A DNA stretch of 33,886 bases from Tubiluchus corallicola (taxonomy: Eukaryota > Animalia > Priapulida): assembly GCA_030141605.1 (NCBI GenBank), contig JAQGDQ010000756.1:67484-101369 (forward strand). The letters run 5' to 3'. The number at the start of each line of letters is the position of its first letter. Positions within the stretch are counted from its first letter, which is position 1. This document shows positions 23,265 to 33,799 of the stretch, piece by piece. The position numbers were made by a program, and so were the translations under genes. The notes under the pieces were generated by a model. The model was not told the origin of the DNA. It saw only the letters and a program-made list of their open reading frames with translations, and made no database searches.

Positions 23265-23880
23265 AGTAGTAGTGCTAGTGGTGGCAGGTTTGGCAGCAGC
23301 AGTGGTGGTGGTGGAAAAGGCAATGGTGTTGACAGTGGTGGTGGTGGTTTAGATGGTGTTCGGGTATTGGTGGCATGGCGGTAGTGGCGACACATGGCGG
23401 CAGCAGTGGTGGTGGAGGTGGTGGTGGTGTTGGCAGCTGCAACAACGGCAACAGTAATGATGGTATGGGGTTCGTGTATTGGTGGCATGGCGGTGGTGGC
23501 GGGGCGGTGGCAACACATGGTGACAGCAGTGGTGGTAGTGGTAGTGGAAAATGTGGTGAAACGACAGGCAGTGGTGGTGCCACTGTGGCAGCAACAGCAG
23601 CAGCAGCAGCAGCAGCAAAGGTGGTGGCATTGGCATTTGTGGTGGTGACAGAGCAGCAGTGGTGGTGGTAGTGGCAGCAACCACCTGGTGACAGTGTTGT
23701 TGGTTTTCGTATTGGTGGCATGTTGGTGGCGGTGGCAGATGGCGGCAGCAGTGGTGGCGGCAGCAGTGGTGGTGGTTTTCGTATTGGTGGCATGGCAATA
23801 GCAGTGGCTGATGGCGGCAACAGTGATGGTGGCAGCAGTGGTGGCGGTAGCAGTGATGGTGGTAGCAGTGGTGGTGGTCC
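23265..23880. repeat. Cryptically simple GGT/GCA triplet-rich region
   Basis: Mixed (GGT)n/(GCA)n with recurring TTCGTATTGGTGGCATGGC motif. Confidence 0.85.
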
Positions 23881-24107
23881 TGTGCAAAGAAGGAAAATGG
23901 GATTAGAAGGAAACGTTTAGAATGTGTCACGTGAAGCCATGCAAAAACCTAGTGATGTTACTCATAGTAGTTTCAACCGTTTTGCAGCAAGCGAACCCTA
24001 TTGAATTTCTCATGCCACTTTGAAGTTTACTAAACCTGTCCGTTGATCAATGGCTCGGTGTTAATCAAAGCATTACCTGTTAATTAACGCCAGGTGTTTG
24101 ATTACAG

Positions 24108-24234
24108 GTGAATGACATCAGACTGCAACACATGAAGCATTTGCAGGCGGTTGACGTCCTCAGGGAAGCCACTTCCCCCATCAGGCTTACGATACTCCGT
24201 GAAAATCCTGAAGCCATATTCACTTGCGTGGAAG
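24108..24234 (+). CDS. PDZ gene exon D: end of PDZ1 and linker (VNDIRLQHMKHLQAVDVLREATSPIRLTILRENPEAIFTCVE-E)
   Basis: TTACAG acceptor, AAG|GTAAAA donor; phase 0 to 1; alphaB helix H--AV-VLR and betaF IRLTILR. Confidence 0.94.
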
Positions 24235-24404
24235 GTAAAAATGCCATGCATGCATCTGGCTAAAGGCGAGTTCACACTTGATAAGAATGTGACGTGTGCT
24301 GAGAATTCGCATAGTTATGGTCCAGTTTTGACCTAAAACCAGTCAATGCTAAAGTCAAAGGGCAGAAAAGGGAACAGCAATTTATCCATTAAAAACTATG
24401 AAAA

Positions 24405-24845
24405 TCATGAAAATAATGTTCGTTTGTGATGTCGTCAATAGTTCGGCTTAAACTAATTAATTAATTAAATTTTTAATCTGTTATTTAATTATCAGAAACG
24501 CGTTTGCAGTATTAATCGTGTTAAAGTGTAAACTTTTTATCCAACTTGAAAATGGGTAGTATATGAAAAATCGTCCTGTCTTCCTATAAAAGGGAAAAAA
24601 GGGGATTTTTAAGCTACATCCCAAAGAATGCCCATACAAAGTTGAGTTGCTTAGCAACACTTATGTAATTGGAAAAGAAAATTCTTAATAACTTAAAATA
24701 TTTGCGCCACCTGGCAAAACGATACTGCATCGCCATCCCAGTGTGCACCGCTGATTCACCTTCCCAGCGTGCATCACTGAGTCACCTTCCAGGTGTGCAT
24801 CACTGATTCACCAAAAACTCATTATTAATCTTATTAATAACATAT
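24405..24845 (+). mobile_element. Family A 3' end joined directly to family B 5' end
   Basis: ...GAAAAATCGTCCTGTCTTCC-TATAAAA-GGGAAAAAAGGG...CAAAGAA...CATACAAAGTT; same junction as at 30505-30510. Confidence 0.75.
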
Positions 24846-25252
24846 TTCATATTTATTTATTAGTGGCAAAAATACGTACAATACATGCAAAACACAAGTC
24901 AAACAAGACAAAAACGAAAACAAAACAAAAAACAAATAATACATACAATAACAAACATGCAATTTCAATTTTGAAATATAGCGACACTGCAGAGAAATAA
25001 AATAATTATTAATAAAACAAATATTATATAATCTTCCTGTTAATTATTTTAGTTATTTAATGAAAAGTTTAATGATTAGTATTTATAATAGATTATCATT
25101 CATCAGGCCTCATTTTCAATTAAAGGCCATATTTTCAACATAAAATAAGCTGGTTCAGTTTAGTTCTTAAGGTGTGCGCTACGAATGCTCTGATATTGTT
25201 CAAACGTTATACAATATTGTCTAAACGTGCTTGAAATAAACACTGACACTAC

Positions 25253-25935
25253 TTAAAGGGAAGAAAAAGAGGTACCTGAAGGAGGTTTCAGAAAAATCAT
25301 CTTGAAAAATTATGTTACTTTATAGCAATTTTATGTGTACATCGTACTCGTGTTGAAAGGAATTTTTGTTTGTTTTCATTTTAAATCTCCCGCAATACTG
25401 TTCCGACCGCATTATTTCATGACGTCATATATGCACGTTACTTCTTAACGTCATATACGCACAATGTTAATCAGAGGAAGAAAAGGAAAATGTTAAATTA
25501 TGTCCCAAAAAACTTTCCATACATAGTTATATTACTTAGAATTTCGCTTAGCTGTTTGACAGATTTATGTAGCTAGAAAAGAAAATTATTAATTATTTAA
25601 AATGTTTTCACCAATTGGTAAAATGTTGCTGACTCACCTCCAGGGTGCACCACTCACTAACCAAAAAAAACGTATTTTTAATCTTATTGACAAGATACAG
25701 TAATTTTAAATTTTATTTAGTTAGTAACATGTGTTTTACGAGTGCTCTGATTATTTTTTCAAACTTTACAAAATGTTATCTAAACTTGTTTCAAATGACC
25801 TGTCGTGAAAATGGCTGCGTCTTACGGTCATCGCGGGAGTTTAAATTTACATGTTTTATACAGTGTGACTGCTAATACAAGCCCTGTGTGCAATAAGACA
25901 GAATGTAAGTGGTATAAAATTTCAATACGCATTAG
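25253..25935 (+). mobile_element. Partial Kolobok-like MITE (25253-25430) followed by a family B copy (~25476-25935)
   Basis: First part matches the left arm of the 9856 element (TGTTTGTTTTCATTTTAAAT); second part is colinear with 30509-31025. Confidence 0.7.
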
Positions 25936-26218
25936 GTGTGAAATTGGTTTTTGGTACTTATGCTAATAAGTAACTAATGCATTTGAATTTATAAATATAT
26001 TAAATTAAATTATCAATTTATCAAATGTATCAAATGTATCAATTTTATTTATTAATATAAAAGTAGAATGAAACTTATCTAATTTAGGCAAGACAGACAT
26101 TAATTTAATCTAGACAAAAATATCTAATTTTGGTACTAATCGATTTCTGATTCTGTATAAAATTTCTATATCTTCCTGGTGTTTGCTAGTAGACAAATCT
26201 TAATTTTCTTTTTTTTAG

Positions 26219-26297
26219 AACCAAAGAAATTTGTTACAATTGAAGTTGCAAAGCCTCATCCATTCTCCAAACTAGGAATCAGTCTACTGGGCAGAAA
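26219..26297 (+). CDS. PDZ gene exon E: PDZ2 betaA-betaB (E-PKKFVTIEVAKPHPFSKLGISLLGR-K)
   Basis: Poly-T + TAG acceptor, AA|GTAAGT perfect donor; phase 1 to 2; KLGISL loop. Confidence 0.92.
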
Positions 26298-27647
26298 GTA
26301 AGTGAATTCTAGCAACATTTTAGAGAATATATTCTGAAATTAGACATTGTTAACCATTTTTCTTCATTTTTAAATCTAACTTTTGTACAACCGAATGTCG
26401 GTAATACTTCACCAACTTATCATAATTCACATTAGGCACAAGTGGAGATCTGTGGCAAGTGTTTACGACCGAGGTAGCACAGCTGGCGCAACTACCCAAA
26501 TGTAATTGTACTTTACTATCAACGCGCACGCGTTTGAAAACCAAAACATAGAACAATTCCGTTCTTTCAAAGTTGAGAGCAATTTTTAAATTGAAAAACA
26601 GCCTAAGTACTTTCCTGTCGGAAAGGAGAGATCAACAATTTGGGTAAATAACTCATTGGCTAGGTCACCTTTACACGGTGCATTAATTCTCCCTGATTTC
26701 ACTTGCAAAACGTGAAGAATGAGCAAACGAGAATGTTTATATTTAACTCAAGGACTGTAAGCTTTTGCTACATTTTGCATGGCTTCATGAAAAACTGCTC
26801 TTACTAGGCAACAATTACGTTATATTTGTTAATTTTTTTAGGTTTCTACTCCTCACACAATGGACTTTCATGCAAAATTATAAATGAAATGCATTTGCTT
26901 ACCTTAAACAAATTAAAAATCAATTTTTGACGTAAAAATTGAAAAAATCTTTCATTAACTGCAGTGTTTGCACTGTAACAATGTACAGTATCACTTCTGT
27001 GAAATCAGCTAATGCAGAAAATTTCAACTATCCAGACACAACACTCTGATAAACTTTGGCCTCAAGTCTACTCTAATTTAAGGAGAAATTCCTGTGAAAA
27101 GGTGAAACGACCTTCATTTGTTCTTGGCTGATTGTTTAGTTTTTCCTGGAATAGCAGCTGAACACTGCACAGCTTGGGTTGTAGTAAGAGGCGATCAATA
27201 AATTAGTGTGTACGATCACGCAAGTGTACACCAGACTAAGCTACTCGATAGGTTTGAAGTGACTAAAAAATTTGCTTCTGTTCCTTAATTTTATCCAATT
27301 AAATCGTTTAAAAATGTTTATATAGAGAGCATGATTGGATAGCCGAGATTCTCCTGAATAGAACAGATTCTCCTGAATGTAATCATTTAGTTATGTCTGT
27401 GCGCATACATCACCCATTTTAAGTGGTGCAGTCCTGAGGGAGTTTATTATCACGAATACTCAACAAATGAATGTAATATTAATAGGGAGCGATACTAAAG
27501 TCAATAGTTGCTGACGTTTGGACAATGGGAGTCAATGCTAATGTACAGAGCTGTGAGGCACCCTGGCAGAAAATATAGAATGCCAGTTATGAAAAATCTC
27601 ATCCTCTGTGTTGCGTATAGAGTAGGGTAATTTTTTATACAATCAGG

Positions 27648-28276
27648 CTACTACAGAAACCTGGCAGTGATGCGCTGAAGCGTTTAGTAGAAAGACAAAG
27701 CATGGTTTCACTCTTTCATATTGGCCTTACGTTGTTTTCTATGCTACCACAGAAACCTGGCAGTGATGCGCTGAAGCGTTTAGTAGAAACACAAAGCACG
27801 GTTTCAATCTTTCATATTGGCCTTACGTTGTTTTCTATGCTACCACAGAAGCCTGGCAGTGATGCGCTGAAGCATTTTGTAGAAGCACAAAGCATGGTTT
27901 CAATCTTTCATATTGGCCTTACGTTGTTTTCTATGCTACTACAGAAACCTGGCAGTGATGCGCTGAAGCATTTAGTAGAAACACAAAGCATGGTTTCAAT
28001 CTTTCATATTGGCCGTACGTTGTTTTCTATGCTACCACAGAAACCTGGCAGTGATGCGCTGAAGCGTTTAGTAGAAACACAAAGCACGGTTTCAATCTTT
28101 CATATTGGTCTTACGTTGTTTTCTATGCTACCACAGAAACCTGGCAGTGATGCGTTGAAGCGTTTAGTAGAAGCACAAACCACGGTTTCAATCGTTCATA
28201 TTGGTCTTACGTTGTTTTCTGTGCTACCACAGAAACCTGGCAGTGATGCGCTGAAGCGTTTAGTAGAAACACAAGT
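27648..28276. repeat. 96-bp tandem repeat (~6.5 copies)
   Basis: Unit CTACCACAGAAACCTGGCAGTGATGCGCTGAAGCG...GTTGTTTTCTATG; 32-codon periodicity in the ORF track. Confidence 0.96.
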
Positions 28277-29335
28277 AGATTTACCAATCTTTCCGAACTA
28301 ATTTTGCACTTGTGAGGGAGTGTGAGAGTAAGAGTGATTAACCGAGCAGATCAGAGTAGAAGTGAATAAATCTTTGCTATTAATAATGTCGAAATCTACA
28401 AGAACCTCAAGAAACGTGTGGCTTCATTCCTGGACAAAATTAAACACTTTTAATATCTGTAATTCGGAAAAAGAAGCCATAATGCTGTGGGATTATAAAA
28501 TAAACTAAAACTCGTATGGGAACATTTCAAACAATACAAACACAAAACACAAAAAAATGCATTAGAAATTGATAAGTTTGTTGTAATTTTCGAAAAGTTT
28601 TCGTATAAAAATTGCATTTGTCTAAAATAAGACCATTTTGATAGTAAAATGTTATATTTGGTGTACTCGAAGCAAATTAGAAACAGTGAATCATGCAGTG
28701 AGCTGCATTAATTACATGTAAAAGATGGAGAAATATGCAGGTGCCTATCTTGGGATGCTGGAAAATGTTGAAGATAGTTTGTTACCTTTGAAACATGTAT
28801 TGTAATGATTTACTGAACAACCAAAAATGCCAGAGTGTAATCAATGCTGGTTACTCATTACAACTAATTGGATTCATTAACAGTCAATTGGTGTTTGTAT
28901 TTGTTTATTGTTATTACAAATGTCTTGGTTTTTGTAATTTGTAAAGTATGTTTTGTGTTAAATAAAATGTTAAATATATAAATAGTTAAACATTGAAACA
29001 GCATTTCTCAGTACCTGGGAACTCTACAGTGTACACCAACGTGAGGAAGGTCAATGATGCGCGACTGTTCACGTTGTATCTTCTCTATTTCTTATCATGA
29101 ACAAATTTACTCGCTAATGCAAATTTACTTAAATTTGTTATGCAGTCATGTTTGCCCAATAAAACTTGGTTAGAGTCCTGCGTTTGACAACAGATGATGT
29201 TTTAATCAGCTAATTTAATTACATTTGAAGGGCAAGTGTTGCGATGAATTTTGCCCGTCTTAATTAATGATGGGAGGCTGAATTTGTTCGTTGGATGAAT
29301 GTGTAATTAGCTTTGTCTTCTCTCATTATTTTCAG

Positions 29336-29366
29336 AGATGGAAGAGGGGTCTTCGTCACTTGGGTG
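29336..29366 (+). CDS. PDZ gene exon F, 31-nt microexon (K-DGRGVFVTWV)
   Basis: TTTTCAG acceptor, GTG|GTGAGT donor; phase 2 to 0 exactly bridges exons E and G; supplies the PDZ betaC strand GVFV. Confidence 0.9.
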
Positions 29367-29395
29367 GTGAGTACAGTTTATATAATGTAATTAAG

Positions 29396-30508
29396 TTAAA
29401 GCAAAATTGGACCCAATGTTAACGTGAAGGTCAAAACAATCTACTTGTGGAAGTTGTAATTGTACATTTTAATTAGGTGCTGCCATCTATGAACTAATCC
29501 TGTTACATTTTACCAGCTAAACTTACCCCCAGTATAATTGTACGGTCCAGTGAATGCATATTCACTGGATCTCTCCCTATTTTAAATTAATGGTTGTTGT
29601 GAAGCCTGTGCAAGTCAGCATAGGTCACCTATACCTATATATACTAACTGGTTTTGTTTTCTAGTCACTCTCTAGCTCTCAGTGTTCAGTGCAGGACACT
29701 CTCATTCTCAGTGTTCAGTGCAGCAGTTACTCTCACTCTCATTCTCATTCTCACTCTCAGTGTTCAGTGCAGCAGTCATGCTACTCATGTGTCTGTAGTT
29801 TAACAAACACTTTTCTGTTGTGTTCAGTGCAAATATGTATTATAGATTTTTTATTCTTGTTCATACTTCTGCTTAAACTCAATCATAACAAAGTGAGTGA
29901 TCTACAACTTCAAACATGACTTTCACACTACTCTTTAAAATACTGAAAAGTAACATACTATTTTTATTAACATACTATTTAAAAAATGACTTACGTGAAA
30001 GAATTATTACCACACAAACGCAATTTCACGTTCGCGCCACTAGTTCTTCGCTGTTACATGCATTTTCACCATTCGCTCGTTAGACGGGCACCTGCATTTC
30101 GAAAATGTGTTGCACAAAAAAACAGGCACTTCTCAGTTCAGATGTGTTAGTTTGTGACGTACTGCACACGTTCGCCAGCTCATGCGTGAGCACAGCGGTA
30201 AATTGGAATTTGAATTCTTAAAACTTGCCTAGTTTTAGTACAACAAACTAAAACTCTTACAGTAGCACTGTAATTCAATTTTCGCTCTCGCAAACACGTG
30301 CAACACGCTCGTGGAATATTTCTGCTGATGAAAACTATGTTAGTTTGTGATGTCATCAATCGTTGGGCTAGCCCGCCCTTAATTGAGAATTTAATCTATT
30401 GTTTAATTATCAGAAACGTTTTTGCAGCATTAAATGTGTTGAATTATAAACTTTTTATCGAACTTGAAAATGGGGTAGTGTATGAAAAATCACCCTCTCT
30501 TCTTTTAA
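29396..30508 (+). mobile_element. Full-length family A element (TTAA at both ends) interrupted by a solo LTR
   Basis: TTAA-AGCAAAATTGGAC at 29396 and CTCTTCTT-TTAA at 30508; colinear with the other copies once 29446-29932 is removed. Confidence 0.85.
29446..29927. mobile_element. Probable solo LTR (482 bp) with 5-bp TSD CTACT
   Basis: TG...CA ends with short inverted termini TGTGGAAGT/ACTTTCACA; CTACT at 29441-29445 and 29928-29932; the sister copy at ~4900 (rc) has a single CTACT. Confidence 0.8.
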
Positions 30509-31025
30509 AAGGGAAGAAAAGGGAACCCTAAAGTTTATCTCAAAGAACTTTTCATACAAAGTTATATTGCTTAGTATTACACTTTGAAGGACTTATGTAA
30601 TTGGAAAAGAAAATTTTTAGTCATTTAAAACATTCGCCCAACAGGTAAAATACCACTGTATTGCTATCCCAGTGTGCACCTGTGGCTCACAAAAACACAT
30701 TATTAATCGTATTAAAATATAAAGTAATTTAAACTTTTGCTTTGCAGAGAGTTTGCTATGCATGCGCTGATTGTTTTTCAAACTTTACACAATGTTACTT
30801 AAACCTGTTTCAAATGGCTGCAATTAACTGCCTTCATGGGAGTTTAAGATTTACAAGTTCTATACAGCGTTACTGTTAACGCAATCCCTGCATGCAGTAA
30901 GACTGCCTTCACGGGAGTTTAAAATTAAGCGGAGTTTAAAATTTACAAGTTCTATACAGCGTTACTGTTAACGCAATCCCTGCACGCAATAAGACAGCAT
31001 GCAATGATATAAAATTTCAATAGAA
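30509..31025 (+). mobile_element. Family B dispersed repeat, with an internal ~75-90-bp duplication at 30827-30993
   Basis: Colinear with 25476-25935, 24590-24845 and 7087-7190+8396-8500 (CAAAGAACTTT..ATACAAAGTT; ATTGCTATCCCAGT.TGCACC). Confidence 0.75.
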
Positions 31026-31797
31026 ATTTTCAAACTTCATTTTGAAGAGTGTTTTCTTGTGTTTGTGTAAAAAATTCATTTGAATTGATGAGACAAGTCA
31101 ATGAATAATTGAGTGAGTGAATGAATGAGCGAATGAATAGACAACTGAACAAATTGATGAAACGAGAGAATGCAAAGAGTGCAAGTAGTGCATCTTTCAT
31201 ATAACGGGTGATAGAAGGAATGACAAATTGTTTATAGAACGAAAGTTAAATCGAGTGAAAGAGCGAATGATGGAATAAATAATTAAACGAACAAGCAGAC
31301 GATTGGCAAAAAAGAAAATAGGAAAGAAGAAAGAAACAAAACAAAGAAGAGGCAAAAGCGTAAAAATAAAACATGAATATGAATATGATTACGAATATGA
31401 ATGTGAATATGAATATGAATAACATGAATAATAACATAAAAATATCAAACAAGTTACCAAATAGAGAACTAAATAACTAACCATGTATTCAACTGACCGA
31501 CTCACCGAGTAACTAAATGAACCAACAATCCAACTAAAAGAAACAATGAAATGCAAGTGAAGAAAAAACAGGAAGATACAAACGATAAAAGTAAAAACTT
31601 CATAAAACTTTCAATTTCAAACAGATCGATTATAATTCGATTTCTTTCTAGATCAAAAATAATGAAAAAACAAAAACAGTTTTATTCGAAAGTAAGTCTT
31701 TTCCAAATATTGTATGCAAGTTCAACTGTACTGAAACTGTTCGTGACGCATGCGCAGTAACGCTGTGTTGACATACAACTTCTGTTGCGTGTTTTAG

Positions 31798-31911
31798 AAA
31801 CCTGAGAGTCCATCTGGTCGAAGTAACATAAAACAGGGTGACAGAATCTTAGAGATAAATGGACAGGACGTTAGGAGATGGCCTCAGAAGAAGATAGCCA
31901 ATGTCCTGAAG
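31798..31911 (+). CDS. PDZ gene exon G (KPESPSGRSNIKQGDRILEINGQDVRRWPQKKIANVLK)
   Basis: GTTTTAG acceptor, AAG|GTGACA donor; 114 nt, phase 0-0; canonical PDZ motif GDRILEING. Confidence 0.95.
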
Positions 31912-32308
31912 GTGACATCTCAGATTTATTTAATGTGTAGGATGTAGCTTTCTTGTTTTCATACTTTTGTTCATTTGAACTTAAACACTAGTACACCACA
32001 AACAGAATCGGACAAACATGCTATATAAGCGAACGTGGTTCTCACACATCAATCATGCTAGGATTTTTTGAGCAGGTGTTAATGTTAAGGTTAGTGTAAA
32101 AGTTTTCCTGTAGCAAAATTCAGGTGAATGAAAAAATCAGTAACTAATTAAGCGCTACGTCGGGAAAAAATAACAACTTGAAAATAAAAAACCCGGAGGC
32201 AATAATCGTGATTTTTAGTTACATTTTACGTAGTATAAAAATATGTAAAATATAAGCAAAGATAAATTGTTTAACTTTTACTAGAATTTTTATTGCTAGA
32301 AATTAAAG

Positions 32309-32571
32309 TAAATCCCACTACCTACCCACTTACTAACTTATCTACCTATTGCCTAGCTAGTGCCTACTGTATTTTAAATCCCACTACTTACCCACTTACT
32401 AACCTGTCAACCTATTACCTAGCTAGTGCCTACTGTATTTTAAATTCCACTACCTACCCACTTACTAACCTATCTACCTATTACCTAGCTAGTGCCTACT
32501 GTATTTTAAATCCCACTACTTACCCACTTACTAACCTATCTACCTATTGCCTAGCTAATGCCTACTGCACC
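32309..32571. repeat. 66-bp tandem repeat (4 copies)
   Basis: TAAATCCCACTACCTACCCACTTACTAAC...CCTACTGTATTT repeated; 22-codon period. Confidence 0.92.
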
Positions 32572-32912
32572 CACCTACCTAATTAACTACCTACCTGCCT
32601 CTCTGTCTACCTTCCTACCTACCTACCTTCCTACCTACCTACCTTCCTACCTACCTACCAACCTACCTGCCTGCCTGCCTGCCTGCCTGCCTGCTTGCCT
32701 ACCTACCTACCTACCTACCTTCCTACCTACCTACCTACCTTCCTACCTACCTACCTTCCTACCTACCTACCTACCTACCTACCTACCTACCTTCCTACCT
32801 TCCTACCTACCTACCTACCTACCTACCTACATACCTACCTACCTACTTACCTACCAACCTACCTACCTACCTACCTACCTACCTACCTACCTACCTACCT
32901 ACCTACCTGCCT
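32572..32912. repeat. (CCTA)n/(CCTG)n microsatellite
   Basis: Direct inspection. Confidence 0.97.
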
Positions 32913-33315
32913 GGGTCTGTGAGTGGTGCCTCCTTGGTCTGTGCTCATAGTAACAAACTTTTTAAAAACGGTTAAAAGGTCCAGATCTCACTAATCATTT
33001 ATCTGTGTAAGTTGCGTTTGCAGTTTTTACTTTTAACACTAATCTGTTAACTAGTCATTTTTATCTGTAAATTTTATTCTGTGCTATAAATTTTATACTT
33101 TCTCTTAAATATTTTTTATTTTAATATTTTTGTTTTAAATAAAAATTACGTATCAAATATTAATATAAAAATAGAATCATACGCTGTCAAGCAGTTCCAC
33201 ATTCGAATGTTTCTCTTGATTATTCTAACAAAATTGTAAATAATAATAACATCAGAACATTCAGTCTCATTTTCCCTTGTTCTCTTTCTCCTTTTTAAAG
33301 AAACTCTTTTTTCAG

Positions 33316-33512
33316 ACAACAGGTGGCCCCGTTGTGCTGCTGTTAGGGAGATATCCAGAACTAAGAACAGCTATACAGGAATATGCGAAAGGAAAGATGT
33401 TTCCTACACGCGAGCGCAGTGGCACCTGGTGTGGACAGGCACAAACTAGCCAGCTGAATAACCTGCCTTCGTATCCGTCAGACATGGACGCGCACAGCGA
33501 CACCTGTCTGAG
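33316..33512 (+). CDS. PDZ gene exon H: last strand of PDZ2 and downstream tail (TTGGPVVLLLGRYPELRTAIQEYAKGKMFPTRERSGTW...DTCL)
   Basis: Long polypyrimidine tract + TTTCAG acceptor; phase 0 continues exon G; VVLLLGR fits PDZ betaF. Ends at AG|GTGAGA donor, or at the in-frame TGA at 33514-33516 if unspliced. Confidence 0.88.
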
Positions 33513-33799
33513 GTGAGAATAGAATAAAGTCACTTTTTAAACTTACTTCCAGGAACAGTAGAAACTACTATATGATGTGATGGCCATGTTTGAATTATCA
33601 AGCAATGTAGTCAGGTATCAGACCTGTAATTATTCCTCCATTAAGCGAGATTCTGGCTCCATTTGCTATTGCAGCTTTGCCCACAAAAATGTGTAACACG
33701 TTTATAGTTCAGTCAATAATTATAGTCAGTTTAGAAGTCTGCTTCTCAGGTCTGCTACACCTGCAAAGAACAACAATCAGTCTTTTGAAGATGGTGTGA

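Noticed and set aside
23153-23930. His/Cys/Pro/Gly/Thr-rich ORFs on both strands
   Set aside because: These are translations of GGT/GCA simple sequence within an intron.
32558-32950. (PTYL)n ORFs
   Set aside because: These are translations of a (CCTA)n microsatellite.
9349-33512. Assigning the symbol MPDZ, PATJ or LNX
   Set aside because: The similarity is recalled, not computed, and the visible architecture fits none of them fully; orthology needs a phylogeny.
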